A stretch of DNA of 59,747 nt, the filler included, from Basidiobolus ranarum (taxonomy: Eukaryota): NCBI GenBank assembly GCA_040143965.1. It is 7 parts of 7 records of this genome, joined end to end, with 100 filler letters (N's around TTAATTAATTAA, not from the genome) between each part and the next. Parts side by side here need not be neighbours in the genome. Positions count along the whole stretch, not along the records: positions 1 to 8,472 come from JASJQH010000964.1; positions 8,573 to 17,033 come from JASJQH010000965.1; 5 more parts are not named here. The stretch is one strand, 5' to 3'. Within the stretch, counting starts at the first letter, position 1; the number at the start of each line of letters is the position of its first letter. Under the pieces are notes generated by a model. The model saw only the letters and a program-made list of their open reading frames with translations. It did no database searches and was not told where the DNA came from. Shown piece after piece: positions 1 through 12,452 of this stretch. Made by a program: the position numbers and the translations under genes.

Positions 1-490
1 ACGAAGTCAGTTATGGGTTGGTTTGTTCTGAGGAGTTGGATTGGCTACTTTAAGTTTACGTTGACTAAGTTTATGATACATGTATTCTAAAGAATGTTGA
101 GGCTTTTCCACCGTATCTATTACTAAAGGAGGTGTAGCAAACCATAATAACTTCCCATTATTTGTGGTGGAGAAATTATCCACTTGAAAGAAACTAAGTC
201 AACCAATTGTTGAGTAAATTCTATTCTTAAAAAAGTGCTCAAAACTTACCGGTATCTGGGCTTAAGTTTAGTTCTACATAATTCATAGCTGCTGTCTGCT
301 GTGAGTGTTGTGCGGTTGGCATGGTGTGAGTTTGCGATACGTGTGCAGCTTCTGAATTGGCCATAGTTCTAGTCTATTCGAAGATATAAGTGTTTGTAGG
401 GAATAGAGTAGTTTTTTCTTTAAAGGTACTAACTTGGTGTGTATCTGATGTCTCAGCATAGACATTTTGATAAAAGCTCGGTGTTGACAT
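1..490 (-). CDS. Possible spliced hypothetical gene, 3'-truncated, divergent from TXNL4B
   Basis: Manual reading gives open segments MSTPSFYQNVYAETSDTHQ and TRTMANSEAAHVSQTHTMPTAQHSQQTAAMNYVETKLKPRY bounded by GTTAGT..TAG and GTAAGT splice-like signals. No recognisable domain. Confidence 0.3.
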
Positions 491-665
491 AATGTGGTGA
501 GAATACGCGTTACCACAGTAGTAATAATTCACGTATAACTTTAAGAATTCAGAAAGGATGCTTTAATACAAAATCCAGATTCTATACAAAAAATTAGGAT
601 CTTCTTTCGATCCAATCAAACCAATTATTACTTGATCCATAGCTTCCCACTGTTCCTACTCAAAT

Positions 666-1235
666 ATGTCCTACTTGTTAACTAATTTGTGTCAAAAGCG
701 TGAAATAGACAGTGTAATAAGAGAAACGGAAGATTTGGTGGTCGTATTGAGATTTGGTAGAGCAACTGACACAGTATGTTTACAGTTAGACCATTTAGTA
801 AGTATTTCTTTACTTGAAGATTTTATTGTATCTTCCTGCGTATAACCATTTCTTTAGTTATCCAAAGCCGAACCTGAGTTGGCCAATATGTCACGTATAT
901 ACACAGTAGAAGTAGATCTTGTACCAGAATATGTGAAATATTTTGATATCTCTTTGATACCTTCCACCATTTTCTTTTTCAACGCTCAACATATGAAAGT
1001 AGATTATGGGTGAGTATTCTATTCAACCTCCATTACTTATTTCTACTTTTGTAACCTTTCTGTCTCTAGCACCCCAGATAATACCAAGTTTATCGGGGCT
1101 TTTGAAACGAAGCAAGATTTCATTGACCTAGTTGAAGTAGTGTATCGTGGCGCTATGCGAGGCAAGCGTATAGTAGATTGTCCCATTGAGAAGTCTAGAA
1201 TACCACAATATGATCTTATTTACAAAGATATCTGA
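666..1235 (+). CDS. TXNL4B: Thioredoxin-like Dim1-family protein, TXNL4B/Dim2 subtype (3 exons: 666-797, 858-1009, 1070-1235)
   Basis: Not in the ORF track. Spliced translation [170 protein letters not shown] and the P.YDL.Y.DI tail match TXNL4B as I recall it, rather than Dim1/TXNL4A. GT-AG introns. Confidence 0.92.
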
Positions 1236-1316
1236 GGTTGTGTATGCGTATAGAAGACATTTTATTACAGACTTGTTATTCTATATCATTAAATTTTTAA
1301 CCATCAAACCAATATT

Positions 1317-4300
1317 TTAATCGAACAACCAACCGAGATCGGTTTCTTCATTGTCAGGTCGTTGGGATTTGATGAATGAAAGTGGGACTACTTGGGCGGC
1401 ACGAGGTGCTGATGTTGGATCATAATTCTGTTTCTTTTTGAACCATTCGCCCTTGGAAGTCTAAAGAGAAGAAAGAATTTTCATGGAGATTAGTCATATA
1501 AATGGGTAAATGCGTACATAGAGAGGAGGATTCCTGAATTTAACTTACTCCAATAATATTCTGAAGGAAAGTTCGCATGAGAGCTTTTTGTGAGCGTGGA
1601 TCGGTTGTTGTTGCTAAGGAACTCTCGAATGTTTCTAACTTTGTTCTATTGACATCGGGTAATTTCGTGAAGGTTTCGTAGGGAATACTGGTGATACCAC
1701 GTAGGGTTATGTAAATCTCAACTACTAAAGATATGATATTGCTATGGCCTTCTTGGTGGTAACCATCATGTAATGCCTGTAATGCGGCCATTAAGAGATC
1801 TCCACCAACCAGTGAGTGTAGCTGAGGAAGTGGTTTGATAATAGGGACGATCTTTAAGCAGATATTGACGGTTCTTAAACAAGCCACTGTATCTTTGAAA
1901 GCGATCAGTTGAATCAAGGCTTGCATTAAAGGCTCAGCTACCGATGTCTTGAGCATGTATTCTTGTAGAATAGTGTATCGAGTGGAAAGAGACTCGTCAC
2001 TAGCATCAATGGGAATGAATATTCTGTTCCATAAATCAACATAAGACCGAGTGAAGTCCCGGAGGATTTTCTCGGTGACCATCTCATCCGAAACGTCTCC
2101 CTCCTCTAAATCATTCTCGAATGCTACAGCTTCCTCTGGAGTAGTCAACTGCAGACCTTTTTTGTACAAGGCTTGCCATTCGGTCTGAAGTCTATCATTA
2201 ATGAATCGAATCATGGATGGAAGGAACGAGTTAAAAGTAGCTTCAAGGCGTTCGGGAATGCAGTGAACAATTAACGGCCGAATCACCAAAGTGATCAGCG
2301 ACTTCCAGTGACGAGTTGATACATTGGACACACTTTCAAACAGTGAATTAACAAGGTATTCGTTGAGTGCGGGGATGTTGTAAAATCCGTTTTCAATGGT
2401 GGTCAGCATCCCCAAGACACTGTAGCTAGATTGTCTAATGTTACCAAACCAACTGGTATACACACTGGTGGCGTATTCAAGGCTTTGTGGAGCCAGAGCG
2501 TCATGACGTTTGGATGGAACACCGCCAATTAGTAAGGTCCGTTCGTTCGGGCTCATCTCCAAAACAGCCAATGCTTCTTGAGGGTAAGATTGCCAGTTTT
2601 GGGTGTTCCAAAGTCCATGCAGACACCTGATGAGTGAGAGCAAATTCGGAAGAATGTACTCCAAGTATGGGAACCAAAATTGATCCTCAGGGCTGGAAGA
2701 ACCTAGTTTTGCGTTCGGATCCAAAGTACGACGTAGGAAGAGAGATAATGCATTAATGGTGCGTAGTATTTTGGTACGGTTGTTTTGCGAAGGTTGTGTG
2801 TAGTCACGATCAAGAGAAGTGGAGGGACTGATGGAAGAATCGTTGTTCACCTTGGTTACGGCAGAGACATAGTCGTTGATACCAATGTACTGCATGAAGG
2901 CTGATTGAGATGCGATCGCATTCTGGATTTCTGGTGAGCACCATTCCTGCATAAAAGGATCCAAGACTGAGGTGAATATGCTCTTTTTTTGGTCAAGTGA
3001 AGAGGTAGAGTGGTGTCCAATCGCCAGAAGCCATTCAAATATGTAATTCTTCTCCGGAGGACGCAATCCATCCCCTTGTATTAGTGGCTGGACGGCCGAC
3101 ATTATATCCGAGAAGATTCCCATCAAAACGTCAGGTATAGTCACCCCTAACCTGACCAACGAAGTGGAGGCTTTGCGACGAAGTTGTAGAGTAGGTTCAC
3201 TTAATTTGTCCACATTTTCACCGTCCAGTTGAAAAGTAACAAAGGTGAAGATTTTCTGCAGAGCACTCATGAGACATGAGGAATCAACCTTCATCAACTT
3301 TCCAAAAACCACTATACCAGGTAGCTGACGAGTAACAATCAATGTATCAGGATACTGGAAATCAATCAGTTTAGTCAACAGCCCATTCATAGCCATTATT
3401 ACTTGCATCTGAGTCGCCTGTTGGTTCTCATCTTTAGGGTTAGAAATCACCTCCACCGATAAGCCACCCAACACTGATTCAAGCAGAGTCATATGGGCAT
3501 CAAATTGAATATAATATGGAGAGCGAGTGGTGCACATCCCTTGAGCGTTGCGATTTGAGGTATCCGCGGGTGCATCTAGGAAGGTAGAAACTTTCTCGTA
3601 CATCCAGGACAAGACATCCAATGGTTTAGAGACAACCATAAGCTTTAGTATATCTACCATTCTGGTACGTAGACCATCTTCAAATCCACGAAACTCGGTC
3701 TGTGTCTCAAAATCATCCGCAGCGTACCGTTGCGTGATCAAGCTAGGGAAGTCTTCTGTTGTTTCGACCTTGTGTAGGTGGCGGAATGTTAAGTTCAACA
3801 GGTATGGAAATTGTTCAATAACCGCCTCTTGTTTGCTGATGTAATCATGCTTTAGCGCGACGATCCAAAATTCGGTTATCATTGAGGATAAGAGGATGGA
3901 TTGGTTCTCCGAAAGAGTGTTGATCAAGGAAATATATTGCTTGAATTGCTTGGGTATCAGGGAGCTATTTTTCTTGAAGCATATATTGTTTACTCCCAGC
4001 ACAATTATTGTCTAAGTAGTACGAAAAGATTAGTTTCAATTTAGAGAACTCATCTATAAATAAAACTCACTTGAAACATTCTTTTCATAAAAAGGTACTC
4101 GTTGCTACCCAGGGGCTCGACATTTGCTTGATAAATTTTAGTATAAGCTGCAAAAATCAACTCTAAACCGCCTTCGTCTAGAACAGGCCAAATCACAGTT
4201 GACCTATCTTCAAACTGAGGAAAGTTACGACCAAAGACTATAAGAAGACACTCAACCGCTCCCATCCTGATTCCATGCGAGTCGAAACTGAGTAGAGTAC

Positions 4301-5397
4301 AGAGTAACCCGATAATACGAGTCTCAGCAATAGCCTTGGATGCAACCCAGTCGAGATGAGCAGCAATTGTGTTTAAAGTTGAGATAGCCAATATTTCGGC
4401 CCCTCTGCTTCGCTAAAAGTATATCAAAGATGATGAGTTTGGATCTCAGAGTCGTACGAATCCACATATATCTTACATCAGAGTTCCACTGGCTAGTTAG
4501 AGACTCAAGTCCTTGAGCCCATCTAATCAACCATCCCTCATTTCCGGCTTCACCTCTCATGACAACAGCCTCATCATCAGTTTCCTTCTTCAGTCCATCC
4601 GGATACTGCGAGGCTAAAGCAACCTCACTCACCACTGAGCATATCATGGCTGCTCGCAGCTCTTTCCGACGTAACTCGACGATGGGATCATCATATTCAA
4701 AAACATCTTCAGCCAGAGACCTGTATATCATCAAAGCGTACTCTTGTGTAGTTTGCTATGATACAATAAAAATACGTTTAGAAGACAAATATTGGTCAAG
4801 AGAAATCAATGGACCATTCTTACAGATCTATAATACATGTCTCTCAGAAGCATATCCATTTGGGGCCATTTACTTGGCCAAGTACGTTTCGCTATTTCTA
4901 CAAATATCGAAGCCACCTTTTCCTTGATAAACTTTCTCTCGGTTAAAATATCGTGAGTTCCCTATTGAACAACAGTTTTTAGTGAGAACTGGACGAATAT
5001 AAACGAAACCAAGTAAAAAGTGGTTACCTCAAGGATCAAGCTAACAATATTCTCCCGAATACTGACTTTCTCTTCCTCCGAGTATACACTCCAGTGATAA
5101 CGAACGGAATTTTCAATCATGCCCAGACCAACGTGTCTTACTTCGTCTGAGAATTTATCCTTACTTGCCAAGTAATGTCCGTAGATTGGACTCAGGTTAC
5201 TCTCCTTGAGCTCATCACAGAACTTGAAGTATAAAATCAATAAATATATAACTAATAAGGAGGTTTGGTTTATAGTTGGAGAAGGTAGGGACTCCCACCT
5301 GTTGTGCTACTCTACGCTCTTCGTTATTTTTGGAAATGTCATAGATCGTTTGAACAGCTTGAACAAGCTGATTTGCTACGGCTTGTATGTCGCTCAT
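1317..5397 (-). CDS. MSN5: Exportin-5/Msn5-like importin-beta family karyopherin (multi-exon)
   Basis: ORFs 5215-5448, 4962-5240, 4324-4734, 4050-4391 and 1540-4002 join through GT-AG introns. N-terminal IBN_N-like segment (VRHVGLGMIENSVRYHW), Xpo1-like segment (YRSLAEDVF), Exportin-5-like C-terminal HEAT region (LRRKASTSLVRLG, LPNLLSLIRCLHGLWN). Last exon ends DLGWLFD-stop at 1317. Confidence 0.85.
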
Positions 5398-6094
5398 CTT
5401 GAGACAAGTACGTTGTGCCGGTAAATTGGTTGGAATAGAAGTTATCAAAATAAAAAATAGATACCTCCTCTTTACTATATCAGAGTTTTTTGTATGTATA
5501 TCAGCTGTTTATTACTAGGGTAGTAAAAGGATATATACGGTAGAATATAAAGAATAAAAAATAAACAAACTTGGAGTACACGCCAAACATATTGGATATT
5601 AAATTCAGTTTATATTAAATTCAATACTATAAGAAATATCACGTGTATTGGCTACATATCATATCCCATCACATTTGACAACTTTCTATTGAGATGGTGC
5701 TTAATATATCCCGAAAGTCAAGCCACATTATGAATGAATGCTGAATACCTATAACTGTCAAGTATATTTTATATTGAGCAACAGAACTAGGCTTAATTGA
5801 CAGTTTAAGGAACGTCAAGTGCATTGTAGTAGCAGATAATATCAGTTTCAAGGTATTCATTAACAACTAGTTAGAACCAGAGTTCCGAAGAATTTTAGCG
5901 ACAATGAGAAGAGGGTGTTGAATTGAAAGTGCAAGTCAATTTATTACGTATCTACCAAGCATATTGGCAAACTTTAGCTCCATTACGGGGTAAACAGGAC
6001 ACGAACCAAGAAAAAGCAAACGAACACTCGTTGTAATATCAATTGCTGGACACGGTTGATTTTTCGGGGTTTATTGAAAGAGATTTTATGTAGC

Positions 6095-6411
6095 TTAGAT
6101 CTCAGCAACGGTGAGGGAAGGAGGAAGGGATTGCTTAAGCTTCTCAGCCTTTTCAAGATCGGCAACAACGAGAGTGTAAAGATACTTGGAGCATCTGATC
6201 TTGAATTTGACTTCAGCACCATTCTTCTTGATGCGGGCGGACTTGGCGTCCTTACGGCGAGCGATTTCAAGGAAGTTCTTGATGTCTTGGACTTGCTTAG
6301 GCTAGAGTAGAGAAGAAAAATTGTCAGTCATTGGTTCGATAAATCCTCTTTTCATCTGGTTCCATCCATCGTTTTGTTGGAATAATAATAAAAGAAATGA
6401 ATGCTAACCAT
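6095..6411 (-). CDS. RPL38: 60S ribosomal protein eL38 (ATG-only first exon, intron 6302-6408)
   Basis: Not in the ORF track. [69 protein letters not shown] carries the canonical L38e motifs KFKIRCS.YLYTL and KLKQSLPP. Confidence 0.97.
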
Positions 6412-6890
6412 TTTGAAGAACGGCCAAATGGATCGAAATGTCGAAAGAGAGAGATTCACACCGTTTATTATCAACCTTTATTGCTCCTAACCCTCGATAT
6501 GTGATTCGCTGTCCTACTGGATACTTACTTTTTAGATTTCACCAATCATATCGTTTAGAAATTTTTTTGCACTGATCTTAGGAAATAATCTAAGTGCCGA
6601 TAAGTCACAAAGATGGGCATATAATCGATTGACAGTGAGCCAAGCCAAGTTGAGTAGACTTTTAGTTAACCAAATTCAAAGCATATTTTGCATATATATA
6701 TCAAACCAGTGCCATAACTAGGTACCTTTTCTTTTATTCAATCCTCGCAATGCTCATATTATATTAAGCAAGACAAGATAAATACTTCACGAATAAACTA
6801 TATGCTAGTTAAATATACCAATGATTGAGGAAAGTCTCGCCAAAGAGAACCCCGTTTATTTTTCGATAGGTATGGAAAGTTCGAGGATAT

Positions 6891-7223
6891 TCACGTACGA
6901 GTAAGGTTCTTTTGTTGAGTTATGGCAGTGATATTGTTTTCTAAAAGTTGAACCTTTGCTTCCATCTCTTCAACATATTCCATATGGTAAAGTGCACTCC
7001 AAGCGAAATGAAGTCCTACTGTGGTAACTGAACCCCAAAGAAAAAGGTTCGTAAGTGGGCCACCGAAGATTTGCCAAAACGTTAAGGGCTTAGGGCGTAT
7101 AACTTCTGGTTTGAGAGTTTCTAGACCGGCATTGGTTGAATATAAGTTTCGCGAAGTAATTCTATAGGTAGGTAGCCGGGGTACAATTGTACGTCGAATG
7201 GAAGAGAATGCCCTAATGTTCAT
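6891..7223 (-). CDS. Small putative mitochondrial membrane protein
   Basis: 110-aa ATG ORF with an Arg/Ser-rich, acid-free N-terminus (presequence-like), one hydrophobic segment and a short C-terminal coiled coil. Confidence 0.6.
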   Translation of the reverse strand: MNIRAFSSIRRTIVPRLPTYRITSRNLYSTNAGLETLKPEVIRPKPLTFWQIFGGPLTNLFLWGSVTTVGLHFAWSALYHMEYVEEMEAKVQLLENNITAITQQKNLTRT

Positions 7224-7667
7224 TTAGTAGAAGATATATTGAGAAGGGTCTATACAAGTTTAAGTTCAAGATAAAATTTTATGTCGAATTATCTCAACCT
7301 TCACCTTCACTCTCACCCTGATATTTGAGGATTGAAATTGATCCCCATATTTCCCACTGTTATCGACCATGCTATAACACAATAATGATCAAAAATTGTC
7401 AATAGAATGATGGAGAATGAAGAACAATTATTGAAGAGTAACCTTTCCATCAATCTTAGTTGCACCATCGAAGCCCACTCTTATTCCTGACATGATAAGA
7501 ATGCTACAGTGATTGATGATTGATGATTGATGATATTATCTCTACTAACATCCTAAATATCTGTTCTAATTGTAAACCAAGTTATATTTGACTTTATATT
7601 CTCTACCTTCTTGGATGGGATATATAAAGTGGTTAGATATAGAATAAGAAGAATATTAAAAATCACA

Positions 7668-7785
7668 GTGTTCAGTTAGAATATTGACACCAACTTAGAA
7701 GATATCAGATACATAGATTTTTCACACCTGTGCTAGAAGCCCTAAACTTTCCACAAAAATTTCTGGTACCTTTCTTAGCATATTC
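7668..7785 (+). repeat. Internal fragment of LTR family A, interrupted by the 7786 copy
   Basis: Reverse complement matches the gggcttctagcacaag..aaaaatctatatatctg..cttctaagttgg core of 7786-8133. Confidence 0.7.
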
Positions 7786-8142
7786 TGTTAAAGTATTTGG
7801 GAGCCTGTTGGAAGTGGCTTGGAGAATTAGAGAAATTGGTGGTTTTCACTTATTGATTTATTGAGTTGAAAGTTGACATTTATAGTTTTGTCAAGATATA
7901 AGCAAACCAACATGTAGAATGTGTTAAGGAAGGTCCCAGGAACATATGTGCAGAGTTTGGGGCTTCTAGCACAAGTTTAAAAAATCTATATATCTGTGAA
8001 CTTCTAAGTTGGTAAAAGCATTCTAAGTAAATCTCAACGGAGAATAAAGGATAATATCTTAGTGAAATATAAGATAACTAAATAGTAAGCTATATATGAC
8101 TATATAGGTGTTTAGACAATGCTCATTTCAACACTCTCCCTT
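7786..8142 (-). mobile_element. Complete LTR (family A, 7786-8133, 348 bp) with adjacent polypurine tract; probable 3' LTR of a copia-type element
   Basis: TGTT...AACA termini. On the minus strand AAGGGAGAG (8134-8142) directly precedes TGTTGAAATGAGC. Related copies at 8249, 37465, 40818, 42782 and 43613. Confidence 0.8.
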
Positions 8143-8207
8143 AACTAAACAGTCTTATACACTAATCCTAAGGAAGGTCAAAATTTCTGGAATTTCTGTC
8201 TAGCTAA

Positions 8208-8472
8208 TGTTAAAATTAGCATTGCCTAAACACCTATATAGTCATATATGTTAAAGTATTTGGGAGCCTGTTGGAAGTGGTTTTGGTGAATTAGAGGAAT
8301 TGGTGGTTTTCACTTATTGATTTATTGAGTAGAAAGTTGACATTTATAGTTTTGTCAAGATGTAAATGTTGAAGTTTATTGTCTTTATCATATATGTTAT
8401 CCCTATCTTTATACACCTAACTATTTCATATATCACATATTAGTTAGTCAACATTATTTAGTCAAATATCAC
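8208..8472. mobile_element. Nested LTR fragments: 41-bp family A end (8208-8248), oppositely oriented family A end (8249-~8366), possible third TGTTGAA-starting LTR (8367-8472)
   Basis: Near-identity to both ends of 7786-8133, with abrupt TGTT junctions at 8208, 8249 and 8367. Confidence 0.7.
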
Positions 8473-8572
8473 NNNNNNNNNNNNNNNNNNNNNNNNNNNN
8501 NNNNNNNNNNNNNNNNTTAATTAATTAANNNNNNNNNNNNNNNNNNNNNNNNNNNNNNNNNNNNNNNNNNNN
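8473..8572. other. Artificial contig linker
   Basis: N44-TTAATTAATTAA-N44. The 12-mer gives stops in all six frames. Confidence 0.98.
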
Positions 8573-9760
<1,188 letters not shown>

Positions 9761-10865
9761 TAATGACAACTTTAGAGAGAATTGGTACTGAATATAATAC
9801 ATATATTTAAACGATACTGCAAGAAATATATAATCATTTATTTATCTTGTCGAATATCTTTGACCTCGATACATAGATATTCATTCATGGTAGGAATATT
9901 CAAAACACTCTCCATTCAGTATACAATACAATAGTACACCTCCTTAATAAACTCTACATAAAGTAATTACCTATTTCTGAGTATAAACCAGTATTCGCTA
10001 ACTCGGTTCCATATTGCTGAACCTGGCAGATTTGTTGATAACTTCGAACACACCATAATTTACCCATAGAAGAGATCTTATACCATATTACGACTTCTGC
10101 CCAATAGAGATATAAACAGGAGATCAAATCCAGGGATGTTTCTGCAAAAGGATAAGATTTTCGAGAAATTGAGAGATCTCGATTAAGGGTATCCGAGGGG
10201 ATATGTTTGAGACAAGGTCGACTCGCCCCAACCCACAATGAAAATATCGAAAATGTTGCATTGGAAGGTATATAGTGGACATGACCCCAAATCATTTCAC
10301 CAGATATTTTTCTCAATGGTTTTGGCCTGTGAAACACTCTACAATTATCGATTTCTGATAGTAATCCTATTGACTCACCAAAGTGTTGACCTGCAAATCC
10401 TGTGACAGGTGGATGGGGATCAAGGTTATCAGCAACCTATCAACGGACTCTGTCCAATCTTGAAATGACCAGTACTCCATAGAGCGTCATCACAGGAAGT
10501 GGACATAACCAATCATCTATCTCAATTGATGTGTGAGAAAAGATCTGATTGAACTTGGGAATATAACAGCATATGGAATTGCCTTCTTTGGGAGCATTGT
10601 TCGCCTTATGAGCCAAAATCATTAATCTGATTTTAAAAATTAGTTCGAATAAAATAGTGGAAGCATTGATTAGAGTTTTTCAACATCCGGATTGTCCAGT
10701 GAGACTTATGTGGATAGTTAAAATGCCAATTTGTACAAGGGTTCAGTATCAAAGGCAGGGGAATATGGACTATAAAAGGGCGCTAGTATCACTAATCAAT
10801 TTGTAAACTACAATACGTGTGTTTCTTAATTTTTATTCACTAATAAGCTTTAAAATTTCCTCGTC

Positions 10866-12452
10866 ATGAGTAACTTTATCCGAAAGAAGTTAACACATTT
10901 CAAGGAGAACTTCACTCTCGCAGAGATCAGTGGTAGTTTGGGTGACTTGGGTACTCTTGTACCATTGATGGTCTCCCTCTCTCTCAATGGTCAGGTCTCC
11001 TTGACCTCTACCCTAATCTTCGGTGGGTTGTGGAACATAATCACCGGCCTCAAGTTCGGAATCCCCATGTGTGTCCAACCTATGAAAAGTAAGTGCCTCT
11101 CAATAGATTTACAATTGCTCATTATCACTGCCGACTTGAGCAACCTCCTCATCCCTTCACCCTTGTGTGTTATACCTCAAGTGTATTGATGAAGTGCTAC
11201 TAAATATCTATTCGAGTGTATCATGGCTAAACTTCTCCATCTTATTACTATAGCCATCGGAGCAATTGCCTTAGCAAGTAAGATGAGCATGGGCGAAATC
11301 ATGGGAGCTGGTATGTTTGTCAGTGGAGTGGTTCTGCTCCTTGGTTTGACACGTACAATCCACTTGGTCAATAAGTACACGCCTAGTGCGGTAGTGCGTG
11401 GTATTCAGATGGGTACCGGAATTACCTTGATGACAAAAGCAGGAACCGATCTTCTATTCAAGATCGATACACCTTGGGGTGGACCTGGATGGAAGTGGTA
11501 TGACAACTATGAATGGGCCATTGTGTGGTTCTGTGTTGTCTTCTTCCTCTACCATCAACGTCGCATCCCTACGGCTATGATCATCTTTGCCATCGGATTG
11601 ATCTTTGCGATCATTGTTGTGTACACCTCTAGCAACGTAACTCAGCCACCAGCACCTGGTTTCTACTACCCTAAGCCTATTGTCCCTACTCCAACCGAAT
11701 TTGTCAATGGTATGTTGAATGCGGGTCTGGGGCAACTCCCCCTCACAACACTGAACTCGGTAATCGCATTGGTAGCACTGATCCGAGAGTTATTCCCGGA
11801 GAACAAAACGACTACTGTGTCAGTGGCCACGTGCGTCGGCCTCATGAACCTGACTGGATGCTTCTTCGGAAGTATGCCATTCTGTCATGGCTCAGGTGGT
11901 TTGGCCGGTCAGTACAGATTCGGGGCTCGTACTGAGGTGAGTATCATATTCTTGGGACTGTGCAAGATGATTATTGGATTCGTACTTGGTGGTTCATTTC
12001 TCGGACTGCTCCAATACTTCCCCAAGTCATTCCTCGGTGTGATGCTCTTTGTCAGTGGGCTAGAGCTTGCCATGGCCGCCAGAAACTTCTGCAAGCCTAC
12101 CGACTCTCAAGCCACCAGAAACCGTAACTTCTTGGTTGTGTTGGTGTCGGGAGGTATGTTGATGACATTCAAGAATGACGGAGTTGGATTTGTGTCTGGA
12201 ATTGTGGCATACGTTTGCCTGTGGTTAGATGCACGTCGTCGTGGGGTTGAGTTCGAGAGAGATGGATCTACTGTTGACAATAAGAATAAAGAATGCGGTG
12301 ATGTAAAGGGTAGTGGACCATCCGTCATTGTTGAAGAGCCACCCAAGTTCCATAGTCAGCCTAATATTGATCATGAACTCAATGAAGCCTTTTCATCAGA
12401 AAAAGCTGAGGACCTGTCGCATGAATCTCAATTTCGCCATCACAAGCAATAA
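10866..12452 (+). CDS. Molybdate transporter, MOT1 family (intron 11089-11253)
   Basis: EISGSLGDLGTLVP, PMCVQPMK, GQLPLTTLNSVIA and MPFCHGSGGLAGQYRFGART are MOT1-family signatures; multiple transmembrane segments. Confidence 0.88.

Noticed and set aside
5983-6310. ORF-track ORFs 5983-6270 (-) and 6056-6310 (+)
   Set aside because: Wrong-frame or antisense overlaps of RPL38.
7508-7534. Micro-repeats such as (GATTGAT)n here, (TGGGGCAT)n near 24826 and (GCTCATTAC)2 near 57007
   Set aside because: Two to three copies only; ordinary slippage repeats, not telomeric or functional arrays.
8517-8528. TTAATTAATTAA palindromic motif recurring six times
   Set aside because: Always centred in N44 runs; a synthetic stop-in-all-frames linker, not biology.
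9954-10622. Minus-strand ORFs between DED1 and the molybdate transporter
   Set aside because: No recognisable motif and no convincing gene structure.
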